Origin: Octopus vulgaris
Lineage: Eukaryota
NCBI GenBank assembly: GCA_951406725.2
Contig: OX597814.1
Location: 150,412,001 to 150,476,000, forward strand
Reading direction: 5' to 3'
DNA: 64,000 bases
In this document: positions 14,271 through 26,561 of the stretch, one piece after another
Numbering within the stretch: position 1 is the stretch's first letter
Layout of the letters: each line of letters starts with the position of its first letter
Translations under genes and position numbers: made by a program
The notes under the pieces: model-generated
Seen by the model: the letters and a program-made list of their open reading frames with translations, nothing else
What the model was told of the DNA's origin: nothing
Database searches by the model: none

Positions 14271-14746
14271 TAAATATATGAAAGAATGGAGCTGAACGAC
14301 GAATTAACAAAATTCCTTTATTTTCGACATATGTTTCGAAGGCTGCATATTCCTAATTGCGAAGGAATAAGGAGTACATTATGCCGCTTTCTCATCACGA
14401 AAAGCAAGGAACTTATGTCAACATCAAAATGCACAAAAAACTTTTAGATGATTGCTCACACGGAGCCCATAGCTCCGTGTAAGTAACTCATTTTTAACTG
14501 CATATTACCTCAATACATCTGACTAATATAGGCAGAATGAGATACCTTTATCTAAAGGCTGAATCAGCTGTAAGATCCATTTTATGTATATTATTCTTAT
14601 GGTATTATTATCTTACGTATTGCTGTATACTGTTTTGTTTTGTTGGATTTGGATGTTCCTATTTATATAGTTAATAAATAAATAATATGAATTGGTAATA
14701 TCTGTAAGTCGATGATTGGAATGAATCTGTTCCTCCATTTTCTTAT
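13425..14746. repeat. 169-bp inverted repeat pair (13425-13593 / 14578-14746), probably inverted Penelope-type pLTR ends
   Basis: ATAAGAAAATGGAGGAACAGATTCATTCC... is the near-perfect reverse complement of ...GGAATGAATCTGTTCCTCCATTTTCTTAT. A hammerhead motif lies between the arms. Confidence 0.85.
14321..14404 (-). ncRNA. Type I hammerhead-like motif with extended stem II (C3->G decayed)
   Basis: Minus strand TTTTC GTGATGA GAAAGCGGCATA...TATGCAGCCTTC GAAA CATATG TC GAAAA: helix I TTTTC/GAAAA, stem II 10 of 12 pairs, palindromic stem III ACATATGT. Confidence 0.6.
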
Positions 14747-14944
14747 ATATATTATGAATTTGACGTAAAATATGTTACCTTCGCCCATCTAATACAATAA
14801 ATGAATTAATTGCATTGCAATTATAAGCATTTATGTATTTGGCATTTGGGTGCTTCACTAGCAGTATATTGGATAACTGATATCCCATAGTGGGTTACAC
14901 TCATAACCCCAATCTCACTTTGAACTATATATATTTATATATAT

Positions 14945-15108
14945 ATTCTACGGGCTTCTTTCAGTTTTTGCTTATTACATCCACTCACAAGCTTTTGGTC
15001 GGCCTGAGGCAATAGTAGAAGGCACTTTCCTAAAGTACCACGTAGAGGGGCTGGACCCCGTAACTATGTGGTTGGTAAACTTCTTACCACACATCCACAC
15101 CTGCACCT
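14945..15108 (-). mobile_element. SINE family 2, 5' half
   Basis: CGGGCTTCTTTCAGTTT...CCACTCACAAG...CTTCTTACCACAC matches other family 2 copies. Confidence 0.7.
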
Positions 15109-15440
15109 ATATACAGGAAGGTGGAATTGTTATGGCTGGGATACTTTCATAATAAATCTGTTTATTCAGAGTCTACTTGGAGAGAAAAATGAACAATAAC
15201 AAGAAAGTCCAAAATGTACTTCAGTTGTTACATCACAGAAATACGGCCTAGAAATCCACGTTTTTCATCTTACATAGCATTTATAATATTTTAGAAAAAT
15301 TTAATTGAGTTTTTTATTTCACCTAAAAGCCTAACAAAGATAATATTAAAGCGATTACAATAGTAAACGTAACGAATATTTTTTAAAGCAGAGGTTAGAT
15401 ACAAATTCAATTCTTTTCCTATTCAATCAATTGTTACAAA

Positions 15441-15468
15441 CCCGAGCAACGCCGGGCGATACTGCTAG
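15441..15468 (+). mobile_element. Helitron-like 3' terminus
   Basis: GC-rich hairpin CCCGAGCAACGCCGGG, an 8-nt spacer, then CTAG followed by T, which is the canonical Helitron 3' end. The 5' end was not located. Confidence 0.55.
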
Positions 15469-15895
15469 TTAAAGATAAACAGAAGTTGTGATGAAAACAA
15501 TCAAACATCGTGTCGTCGTCGTAGCCATCATCATCATCATCATCATTATCAATATCATCATAACCATCATCACTGTCATCATTATATTATCAATGTTAGA
15601 AATCAAATTAAATTTGAGAATAGTTTATTGTTTTTTAGAACTTAAAATCTGGATAAGATTCTAATTTTCCTTCCAAATACATTAGTAACGTTAAATCTTT
15701 TCCAAACACTTTCAATTTAATTAAAGTTATTTTAATAACAAACATTGGTTTATCTACAAAAGACTGATTATTTTGTTTATTTTACTATACTGACTTCTTT
15801 AATATAAGGCAATTTAGCGGAGACTGTTGGAAAGGTTTTTGTTTTTTAAATATGGTTTTCTCTAAGTCGGCCTTGTGAAGCTCGTTTCTGTAAGC

Positions 15896-16190
15896 TAGCG
15901 ATTCGCAAACACTGCGTCACAGCGCCTAGGTGGTCTCTAGGTGCACCAGCAGGTTTGAAAAATATTTTGTCAGGTTTTAGAAAATCTATATTGATACTAG
16001 ACCATCTAGGAACAAATGTGCTAGTAATAATTTTGTTACACACATGAATAATTATTAAAAAAGTAGTAAACAATAGTTAAGAAATATTTTTCCAAATTTT
16101 AAAACTTTAAAACAGTTTCTTTTTAATTTAAAGTGCACTCTTCATTTGATTTAGTGAGTACCACGAACTCAAAACACTGAGAACCATTCA
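15896..16190. mobile_element. Possible decayed hAT-type MITE
   Basis: Ends resemble CAGTGTTTCTCAAAC / TTGAGAACCACTG hAT-like termini. GC-rich subterminal sequence around an AT-rich core. Confidence 0.25.
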
Positions 16191-19100
16191 TCTAAGTTAT
16201 GTCTTATATACGGTTTTGTATTCGATTTTACAAAGCAATAAAACACTTCTCGGTTATATAGCATTTTTCTGTGTTCAGAATTGAGCTTTACACCAGCATG
16301 ATGTATAGATATGATTAGGTAAATTGGGGATGTCTTAGTAATAGTCAGAAGACAGCCTTAATAAAATTATATATATCCTCAATCCATTAACTAATGGCAA
16401 GTCATTCTATTTATTCTGCTAGGTTTCTCTGCCGTTATTTCTCTAGTGTGACTAACGGAACAAACGATTGTAATTTTTCGGACACACTTTTTGGAATAAA
16501 ACGTTTCTTATTTTATTAGCTAAAAGTGTTTTTCAAGTATGATATTAATAAAATCATTTATACTCCCAGTAAAATCTGAGGCTTTCTAGCAATGACAAAG
16601 ATTTATATTTATATCTACATTACGTTTCGATCGTCACTAGTAATAAAACACCTGATAAAAACCTGAGACAAAAGCAATCGAAATTTAATGTACATATAAA
16701 TATTGGGTTTTAACATTTGCTCAAGGGTAAAAGTGAAGTTAACATGGACGTCATTTGAATTTAAAACTAAGAGGAACGTAACTAAATACCGCGAGTCATT
16801 TTGCCTGGTAAGTGAACGATCTCACAACATTAGAATTTTGGTTGAATGATGAGTGAGTTATCTCTACCTCGATACTTGATTGGTTCTTATTAAAAAGTGT
16901 ATCACTATGGATAGAGTTGGTAGTCTGAAAAATCTATAAACTTATTAATAACAACATTTCTTATATCTAAGAAAGATGTCTCTTAAAAAGGAATGTAACT
17001 TATAATATAAAAATACATTTCGATAAAATGTATGTTTTTAAATGATAGGATTGAAATTTTGTTAATAAAAAATAAAAAAAGCAAAGTATGATAAAATATT
17101 TTGTACATCACAATGTGATGTTTTCAAGTGACAACACACTTTAAAAAGAACCATTTGCATTGCATTAATGCTAATTACAATCATTGAATATTTTTTAAAG
17201 AAACAAACGGAAAAAATAAATAAATGTCCAATTTAGTTGTAACATTCCTATTTACAGAGTTAATATAAAAGACCTGATGATGGTGTAGTACTGACAGATA
17301 TCTGGCCCAGGTCAGTATTGATCGATTAGATCTATCATTGAAAGTGATCTATTAAGACCAGCAGGTCTGTTTATTTTTAGATATTATATATCAAATGTGG
17401 GTACAGTATGATCAAATGTCTAAGAAGTTCACTTCGTAATCACGCGTTCACGATAAATGGAAACTGTAAAGATGCCTGTCGGTTGGATTGGACGTGTTAT
17501 TTAACAGGCGCAAAATTTGTCACACTGTGTCACGCTTATTTCGTCTATGAATCATATTAGGGTTAGACACATAACTGTGGAATACTCAGTCGCTCATTCG
17601 CTAGTTCATTAAGCTCAATTGATTGAAAAACTGAAAACTCATGGTTTGTAATTGTAACTGCAATGAATATATCTAATTCTACATGATCCGATGTAATTTT
17701 AGCAACAATTTGTTTAAGACTGTAGGGTACGATTTAAGTGAAATTAACTACTACAGTTAGCAAATCCAGCGGTCGAGGCACCCTTGTTTATTCATTGTAA
17801 TTTTGATATAAGGTTAGCAATTTAGAGAGGCGGTAGAAGCCTATTACAGCAATACCAGTACTGAACTGGTACTTATTTTATAGATCCGGAATTGATGTAA
17901 AACAAAATCAACCTTGGATTCATAAGAACGTAAAAAGCTGGTAGAAATGCCGCCAAGAATTTTGTCCGACGCGCTAACAAGTCTGCTAGTTCACTGCCTC
18001 CAGTCACAATGTGCTATTAAAAGAATATCATGAAATATATTGATTTATTTTCTATACCTCTTCCAATAATTTAACTAGCCATTCAATAATTAATCTGATA
18101 TTAGTCCAGTAGCTCTGCAATACTGCACACTATATTTTTACTTTCGCATATAGAAATCCTTTCAATGTTATCAATACCAAATATCTTGTGATTGCCTAAG
18201 CTGCGATATTGATTATTGAATTTTAAAATGTCATTCAAGGTTTTTTTTATTATATAAATGATAAACGTGGATATTGTTCGACATCGAGAATAGCAACAAA
18301 AATCAACACTCTACACATTTGACCCCCAAAACATTTAAAGAAGTGTGAATACATTGGGTTCAAAACAATAAGAAAATCACAACAGTAACATCACTGAGCA
18401 CAAGTCTGCCCATGCAGGGCGAAGCCAATGGGGACTGAGCAACAAACACATTGTGCATTTCTAGTCAGCCTTAACCTAACTGTACGAGACACCTAATTGG
18501 TTGTCGACAAAGATAGGTTAACTCCGTACTCCAGACACGTCTGTCCATGAGACTTTAGCGAGTAAACATTTGTCTGCTGCTGTGTTCCAAACAATTGTTT
18601 TGTTTCTCTGTGAATGAAACAAAAGGTTAATTATTTCACCGCATTTCTTCAAATTTTCGATTATCTTGAAAATTAATTTTAGCACATAGACAGTCTCTTC
18701 ATGAAGGAAATAAACAGTTCCTCAGAAACCTCCCTGGTGATTAGTACGATAGCAAATAATTAAAAAGATTCGAAGTGTGACTGATTTGTGAATCATTTCG
18801 AAGTCGTAGCATTTCAATAAGTTCCACAAAACTTTAATATATTATTAAGATTTCTATCGAATATTTACAAACACACGTATTAATAGATATACACACTGCA
18901 CCAGAAATAATTACACATGCATAAGCTTAGACGGAGTCTTATTAGCACTTAATTCATTTACGGTATTCATCAAAGTTACTAAATTCAATATAATTCACCT
19001 TACTCCAAAATAATAGAGATTAATTTGAAAAGGAAAAGTGCAACATTCGTATATGTATAAGATTCCCCTGAGGGCACGAACGAGAACAGAACTCTCTCTC

Positions 19101-19219
19101 TCTTTCTCTCTCCCTCTCCCTCTCTCTTTCTCCCTCCCTCCCCCTCTGTCTCACACACACACAAAATACACACACGCACACACACGAATACATAAATACA
19201 TACATAACGATTGCTCCAA

Positions 19220-19440
19220 CTTCACAGATGATTACCGCCTCTTTGTGCTCCCTCATTGTCAATGGAATTTCTGACTTTCCGTCCATGCAGATCTGCATGG
19301 TTTGACGCATATATTGTCATACAAAAATTGCAACATCTCCACTGTAGTTGGTCCCTGACACGGGAAAACACAACAACGTTAGGATATGAGCCATGCCGAC
19401 TTTGTACAGATTTGTAACTGTGCACTAAAAACATAGATGC
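19220..19440 (-). pseudogene. Possible decayed RTE LINE endonuclease N-terminus
   Basis: Weak peptide resemblance (NV.....VEML....ICV....W) to the start of RTE APE domains. Confidence 0.2.
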
Positions 19441-19949
19441 ACATGTCACCTCTCTTCCATCGCCATAGGGCTTTCATTAGGTGGAATGAGAAATGAGACC
19501 ACCAATAATGAGACATCTGTACTCATCGGATTATAGTGATATACGTTTGAACATCACCAGTTTTTGTCATTGGTACCTAGTGACAAGCCGAAGCGATATG
19601 ACCAGTAATCACACGAAACAGCAGATTTCACATCACAGTGTCCTTCTCCTAGAAGAATGCTGTGACAACATCTCCTAGAAGAATACAGGGAGAACATCAC
19701 TCACTCATTGTAACTTTAGTAGTTGAGTGGCTATTGACTCAACAATGTTCAATGACCCTTTGACATACTTTGCTTTTGTTACTGCAGAGTGTCCAGTCCA
19801 ATAAAAGCACTCTATTTACAAGCAAAATTGGTAGGGATGCTGGTTTAGTCAACAGCCTGACCATGCGACAGGTTGTGCTGGGTTACTCGGTACCAGTATG
19901 AATGTATACATACCTACCATACATACATACTACATATATTATATTATAT

Positions 19950-19994
<45 letters not shown>

Positions 19995-22584
19995 TGCTCA
20001 CATGCATATTTATTTGTACATATATATGTGTGAATGTATAACCTTTTATCGCAGATTCATAGAGATGATAGAAAGGCAACAGAAGAGAAACAGTTCAGAC
20101 ACAAAAGAAGGTATTTTGTTTTCTCACATGCTACACGCAGATCTCATGCTTAGACAACGCGCACAACAAAATAAAAACACTAAGAGAGCAACACAGCATG
20201 CATTGTGCAGAGCTTGTTATTGCAGTAAACTCTAATCCCTATAGTCTTCTCCAATTCATGCCGAATGATACTACAGCATCCAGAACAATAATTCAACAAT
20301 ATTTTAAAAGCAATATGCTTCTCAATCCAGATCAACATAGAATTCTCGTAAACATGATTACAGCGGCAACACAATGCAGCCAGGGGATTCGACATGATCA
20401 CTTGATCTACTAGCAATAGCGGCGAAAACTTCCTCAATTCATTCAGTACAGCCTTAATAACAGAGAAATAAAAAATTATTAAAATGAATGCTAAAATCAT
20501 TGCCACAACTGAAACGCTTTCAAACACGGTTCAGTCAAACATGGGCGGGAGAAATAACATCACCAACATCACCAACAGCATTATTAGTATCATTTACTCT
20601 AAGTATTATCGAATAATTCTGATAGAATAGTATCTGTCGCTCTCTCACTGAGTGCAACTTGCCCGCATCTATTGTGGCATCATCATATTTTACAGGTGTA
20701 CAACTGTGATTATGTTGAAGTCCCTATGTGTTCATTTGACCTACGATAATCAACAGCCAAATTTCTCACAAATTCTACAGTCTGTCATGTTAAATGAAAG
20801 AAGAATATAGCAGGTAATGTAACTTATAGACAAACTATGCATGATAACTTTCACAGCAAGTCATCTCAAATTGATGCAAGGATCTAAATTGTTTCAGCCT
20901 GAGCAGACATCCCTCTAAGATATTAATTAAATGTGTGTTCTAGATGGATATGCAGGGCTCTGTACGGCTTGTAAGATCCAAGAGAGAATAAGCCCATATT
21001 TTCGGAAAAAGTGACAATATTCAAATAACTCTAGTGTTTGAGATGATATATTTAGTGATTCACAACCTTTTACGATTCAGCATCTCCTTTTCACACAAAT
21101 GCCACCCTTCTCATTTTTACAAAAAAATTAAAGAAGTAGATTATTGTAATCAAACAGAAGGTAATTTAACGCCGTGATTTGTTATCAATAATTATAGTAT
21201 CTTTAGATATTTACAGCTAGTATTTTTTAGATATTTATATAGTGTCCTTTATGGCGATTACCAAACAAGGGCAAGGTTTTATGCAACAAAATGATGTTGG
21301 GCTTTGGCGTGTCAACTCATGTCTTTATTCACGATATCACAGTGTCCTTCGTAATCACTTTTTAATCCAAAGATGATTTTGCAAATGTGCTTATAGTAAA
21401 GGTATTTACATGGTTTAAAATATTTTCTACCATTTAGCATCCCAGCACCCGCAAGATCTGAGCATCCTAAGAGGTGCTACTACACTCGTTAAAAACCACT
21501 GGTCTAAACAGAACATATTTAGGGCCATTTACTTGCAAATAAAGTTAAGTACAAATATTTACACTTATTTTATCTGAGTGGGGTACTGCGTTTAAAATAT
21601 CAGCGTAAACCATTAAAAAATGAAATGGAGAAAAATTCAAAACGTCCGTTAACGAAAAATTAATCAAATATTAATATCAAGCGACGTTATATGAATTATA
21701 AAAACCTCACACACATATCAAAATTTAACGAACGCAAAGATTAAATTCATTATTTAGTTTTATAAATTGTGGAGTTTCAGTTGCTAGGAAATATTTCAAT
21801 CTGCACAAATCATAATATTTATCATTTGTGCAGATTGGCAGTTGCACAAATACACATAACTTAGTTTTCCTTTCTTATACTTGTGCAATTAATATTTTTG
21901 TATTGGCATAACGTTTATTTTACTTCTATTTTTTAGAACTGTACTTGCATAAGTTTTGGAAAAACATGTGAACAGCTATTTGTAATCAGCATTTGTCAAA
22001 ATATTGTACAGTTTCTTGTAACCTTAGAACTTTCAGATACGCGTTGTCTTGTACTAGTTCTGTGTTTCCAGTTTGTGAAATCCAAGAAAGTACCCTTCTA
22101 TTTCCAAATCATTCTGCATCCTACTGTTTTCTTAATGGTTCCAGGTAAAGTGCTCAGCTATGAATAATGAGCTGATAAATATCTGATATTGCTAATACCT
22201 CGTTTCCAGTCAGTTTCTAGGTTAAAATGCTTTCCATGGGGTTAAATAAAAACTACGACTAATCACTAAAGCCAAACTTAACATTTACGGGCTTAAATTT
22301 CAAGTTTAGAGAGAGAGAGTACAGCGTTCACAAAACGAAAGAAAGAAAATGCATTCGAATTTTAACCAGTATCATAGAGAAAATCACAGATATATGCCAG
22401 TTTCTGACACATAGGCATGTCTCCTCTGTGTGCCTTTTCTACCGCTACTATAACAGTCTGACTTGACACATCCTCTTTTCTACTCAAGCATTCTCGACAC
22501 CCACGTACCCCCTCCCCTTACTGCTTGGTATTTTCTAACCCCAATAGGCCTTACCTTAACCACTATTCTTTTATTCGTTTATCC

Positions 22585-22925
22585 TTTTATTCTTTCACTT
22601 GTTTTAGTCATATGACTGCGGGCATACGGGGACAAGTTAAATGTGTCAACCCCAGGACTTATTTTCTTTTTAATCCTGATACTTAGTCTATCGGTCTGTT
22701 TTGCCGAACTGCTAAGTCACGGGGGCGTAAACATCCCAGCACCAGTTGACAAGCAGTCGAGTGGGGAGAAACACAGACACAAAGACGTACACTCTAAGAT
22801 ACATATATACAACGGCCTTCTTTCAGTTTCCGTCTACTAAACTCACTACCGAGGCTGTAGTAAAAGACACTTAACCAAGGTGTCACGCAGTGGGGCTGAA
22901 GCTTCTTACCACACAGCCACGCGCA
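22585..22925 (-). mobile_element. SINE family 2
   Basis: Same motifs as 49195-49604 (GCCGAACTGCTAAGT, CTTCTTTCAGTTTCCGTCTA, CTTACCACACAGCCAC). Confidence 0.75.
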
Positions 22926-23291
22926 TCAAGAAAGTATAAAACATTGCTGAGGATTGGAGCATTTGTTGTTACACACAAAATACAAAGGGAAAATGAGCAA
23001 ATATTTAAACAAACGAAAGAAAATACCTACTCCTTCCTTTCCAGAAATTAGGCCCTCCAGAATTTTCTCTCTGATCATGTTACGCACCTCTGGACTTACG
23101 AAAATTAACGAGAAAATTTAATGGTACCAATCGATCTCGAAGGTTTTGCAAAAGCCATGGGCACTGTCCTTTTCTTGAGATCAAGTAAGTAAAAGAAAAT
23201 ATCCAAAAATTCAATTAGATATAAAAATAAATGATGCAGTATTTCAGCATCACATGCTCATACGCTTGGGAGGGTTATACATTGGCTGTTT

Positions 23292-23319
23292 TTAGCCCCT
23301 TGTGGGCAATAAAGAAATA
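23292..23319 (+). mobile_element. 28-bp tail-A-only retroposed insert with 16-bp TSD
   Basis: TTAGCCCCTTGTGGGCAATAAAGAAATA flanked by TATACATTGGCTGTTT (23276-23291) and TATACTTTGGCTGTTT (23320-23335). Confidence 0.75.
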
Positions 23320-23727
23320 TATACTTTGGCTGTTTACACTATTCATGCAATCGTAATATTAGACAACTCTGGTGAAGTATTCGATATACTGTATCAGATG
23401 TAGACACCATATCAATCCACTCTCCTTGCTTAAAATAAAACTGCAATAAAAGAACATTATTAATTCCTTCATCAATTAGATTATATCAAAAAAGTATAAA
23501 ACATCAATTAAGAGTGGAACATTTGTTGCTGTATACAAAATATAAAGGGACTAATGAGGCAAATATGAAAACAAAGCCTTAACAAAAATAAACATAGGAT
23601 TTTGATATTAATTGTAGATATGTATATACAGACACATTCACAGATACAACGCCTAGACGTCTGCTTGTGTGCCTATATGTGTACATGTGCCTATATGTGT
23701 ATATGTAAATACATATATTGTATTAAC

Positions 23728-23769
<42 letters not shown>

Positions 23770-24013
23770 GTACAAAGACACAAACACACACACATATATA
23801 TATACATATTTATGTCATATCTCATGTCGATATATGTAAATTGTAAATACATCCCGCCTCTATATATATATAATTTGTTGCGGCTGCTACAAGTAGCAGT
23901 GCACTCTGTTCGAGGGATTCGACTTGTGATTAATTAACTCTTGTTCTTCTGTCATTGCTATTATGCTCTCTCTTTTTCTAAGCACACATATATACATATA
24001 TGTTCATATATGT

Positions 24014-24047
<34 letters not shown>

Positions 24048-24584
24048 AAAATATGAAGCAGTAAGGGGATGGGGTACGTGGGTGTCGCGAATGCTTGAGT
24101 AGAAAAGTCGATGTGCCATTTCAGACTGTTATAGTAGCGGTATAAAAGGCACACAGAGGTGACATGCCTATGTGTCAAAAACTGGCATATATCTGTGAAT
24201 TTCTCTATGATACTGGTTAAAATTGCCCTTACCTCTCCAACACCACCCTCCTCACTGGCACCCATCATCGACCCTATCGCATCATCGACTCCTTCACCTG
24301 CACCTCCAGCAATATCATCTATTGCATCTCCTGCTCTCTCTGCCATTCTCTGTACATCGGATAAACGGGACGCCGCTTGGCTGACCGGTTCGTGGAACAC
24401 CTCCGAGACATCCGCCTTGCCAATGACACACCGGTCTCGCGCCATTTCCGCTCCACCGGTCACTCCTTGCAACACCTGTCTGTGTTCGGATTGTCCTTGC
24501 ACAGAGGCCATCCAGATTCCCGCTTGCGCCGTGAACAGGGATTAATCTTCTCTCTTCGCTCTTTTATGCCATTTGGTCTCAACT

Positions 24585-25030
24585 CTCCCCCCCTTTTCAT
24601 CTAACCTCCCCCTTTTCATTTAACCTCCCCCCGACTCCTACTTCTCTTCAGTCCTTCCTCTTTTCACTCCTACTTCCTTTCCCTCTTCTTCCCTTCTTTC
24701 CCTTCTTCCCTCTTCTTTCTTCTTTCTTCTTCCCTCTTCCCTTTCTCTCTTTCTCTCTGCTCCCTCATTCCCCTTCTCTCCCCCTCCCCTCCCCTCTCCC
24801 CATCCTCCTTTCCCATCCCCTTCCTCCTCTCCCATCCCCTTCCTCCTCTTCCCTCCTTCTCCTCCTCTCCCTCCTTCTCCTCCTCTCCTCTCCTTCTCCC
24901 CCTCTCCTTCCTTCTCCTCTCCCTCTCCCTCCTCCTCCCCTCTCCTCCTCATCTCCTATCTCCCCTCTTCCCCTCCCTCCTCTCTCTTCTCTCCCCCTCT
25001 GACTCTCCCCACATCCTCCACTCTACTCCA
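24585..25030. repeat. Long polypyrimidine (CT-rich) low-complexity tract
   Basis: About 440 bp almost exclusively C/T on the plus strand. Confidence 0.9.
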
Positions 25031-25325
25031 ACCCCCAGCCGAACCCACACCCCGCATGGGCTTTTCCCACTTCCCCACAACATCACACCATACTACACTA
25101 CACCATACGACATTACACATCATATCATACATACATACACACGCACCTTCATGTTGGGGCGAGGTCACTGGACCCTGTTATCTCCCCTACTATCCCTCTA
25201 GCGTCTAACGTCTGTCCTCTGACGTCTGACCTCTGATCTCTGACTTTTGCCTGAAATCAGAACGCCATGTTGGATCGTTAGCTCCTACACGTATTTTTTG
25301 TCTCTCCTTGTTTCTTTTCTGTGTA

Positions 25326-25363
25326 TCTTTCTGTCGAAGAGCGTAGGCTCGAAACGTAAAAGA
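25326..25363 (+). ncRNA. Minimal type I hammerhead-like motif (A6->U)
   Basis: TCTTT CTGTCGA A GAGC GTAG GCTC GAAA CG TA AAAGA: helix I TCTTT/AAAGA, stem II GAGC/GCTC, palindromic stem III ACGT. Confidence 0.6.
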
Positions 25364-25459
25364 CTTGTTTTATTTCTATTCCTGAACGCCATACAAATAC
25401 AATTGTTTGTTTGTACTCCACCTGCCTTCGTCTTTTGTTTATTTTCGTATACCTTCCCG

Positions 25460-25544
<85 letters not shown>

Positions 25545-25870
25545 TATATGTCTATATATATACATACATACATATATACATACATACATACAAATATGCA
25601 TACATACATACATACATACATACATACATACATACATACATACATACATGCATGCATTCATACAGGAATATTTTGCATTCACCCTAACTTGTCCAAGATT
25701 TTCCTGTCATCAATTATCGATTTTGAAATCCTCCTCTAGTACACTACCGCCGGCGATGGCAACCTATAGTGATGCTATAAGGGACTGTCAAGGAAATCTT
25801 CCAGCATTGTTGAACGCTTTATTTTTTTCCTTCCTGCTAGCATTGCGGGCATTATATACAGCCAGAGGCA

Positions 25871-25929
<59 letters not shown>

Positions 25930-26525
25930 CATAATATATGTGTGTGTGTGTATAAGGTATATGTTACTTCATAACATTATTAAATGTTATTAACGTTGCA
26001 CATCCTTTGAATGAGATATACTTTGCCCTTTTCTGTTAGTACGTAATTGAAAGCGATAAGTGTTTTCTCTTTTTGATTTTGTTACCATATTTTTCATTAT
26101 CAAATGTGGATATGCTATCAAATTCCTTTTAATAGAGAAAAATTTTCAATCTAGTTTAATCGTTTGTATTTGTTTGTAAGTTGGATATAAGCTGCCAGTC
26201 ACTGCTGTTGAAGAATCACTCTGCAGGGTTTTGAAGCAGACTGCAGAGTGTGTTTTCTTAGGTACTTTGCAGAACATCTATGTGATAGAAATACCCTGAC
26301 TGTTCCAGCCCCAAATGACGAACATGCCAATGAGAAAATTAGGAAATTAATTTGCAGATTTACTCAAAAATATTCCATATAAATAACACCAAAATCATAT
26401 GGTTTTGAAAAGCCTTCTTTCAAATTGAATTTATTTGATTTCAGCTCACGACCGCCAAGCAGATTCAAATTTGCATAACTTCACATTTATCCATCTATTC
26501 ATCCAGTCAGACAGATGGAGAAAAA

Positions 26526-26561
<36 letters not shown>

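Larger units (their letters stand above)
22358..24224. repeat. ~167-bp inverted repeat pair (22358-22527 / 24056-24224)
   Basis: AATTTTAACCAGTATCATAGAGA...CCCCTTACTGCTT versus the reverse complement of AAGCAGTAAGGGG...TATGATACTGGTTAAAATT. High but imperfect identity. Confidence 0.85.
24225..25460 (+). mobile_element. 5'-truncated Penelope-like element: GIY-YIG endonuclease, pyrimidine tract, pLTR with hammerhead
   Basis: Frame upstream of the 24377 ORF reads DSFTCTSSNIIYCISCSLCHSLYIG*TGRRLADRFVEHLRDI...PVSRHF...H...RLRREQ.LIF.L..P.GLN (GIY-YIG, one stop). Hammerhead motif at 25326. Ends in (TA)n. Confidence 0.85.

Noticed and set aside
17274-17350. CTGATGA...GAAA as a hammerhead
   Set aside because: The stem II closing pair and helices I/III cannot be formed convincingly.
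20180-20592. Hydrophobic minus-strand ORF extendable through an in-frame TGA (membrane protein or selenoprotein exon?)
   Set aside because: No recognisable family, no convincing splice sites or SECIS, and hydrophobicity is expected from T-rich DNA. A homology search would be needed to revive it.
23978-24545. 177-aa minus and 128-aa plus ORFs
   Set aside because: They are antisense and alternative frames of the Penelope GIY-YIG region.
26217-26250. 10-bp inverted repeat as a pre-miRNA
   Set aside because: The stem is too short and its extension is poor.
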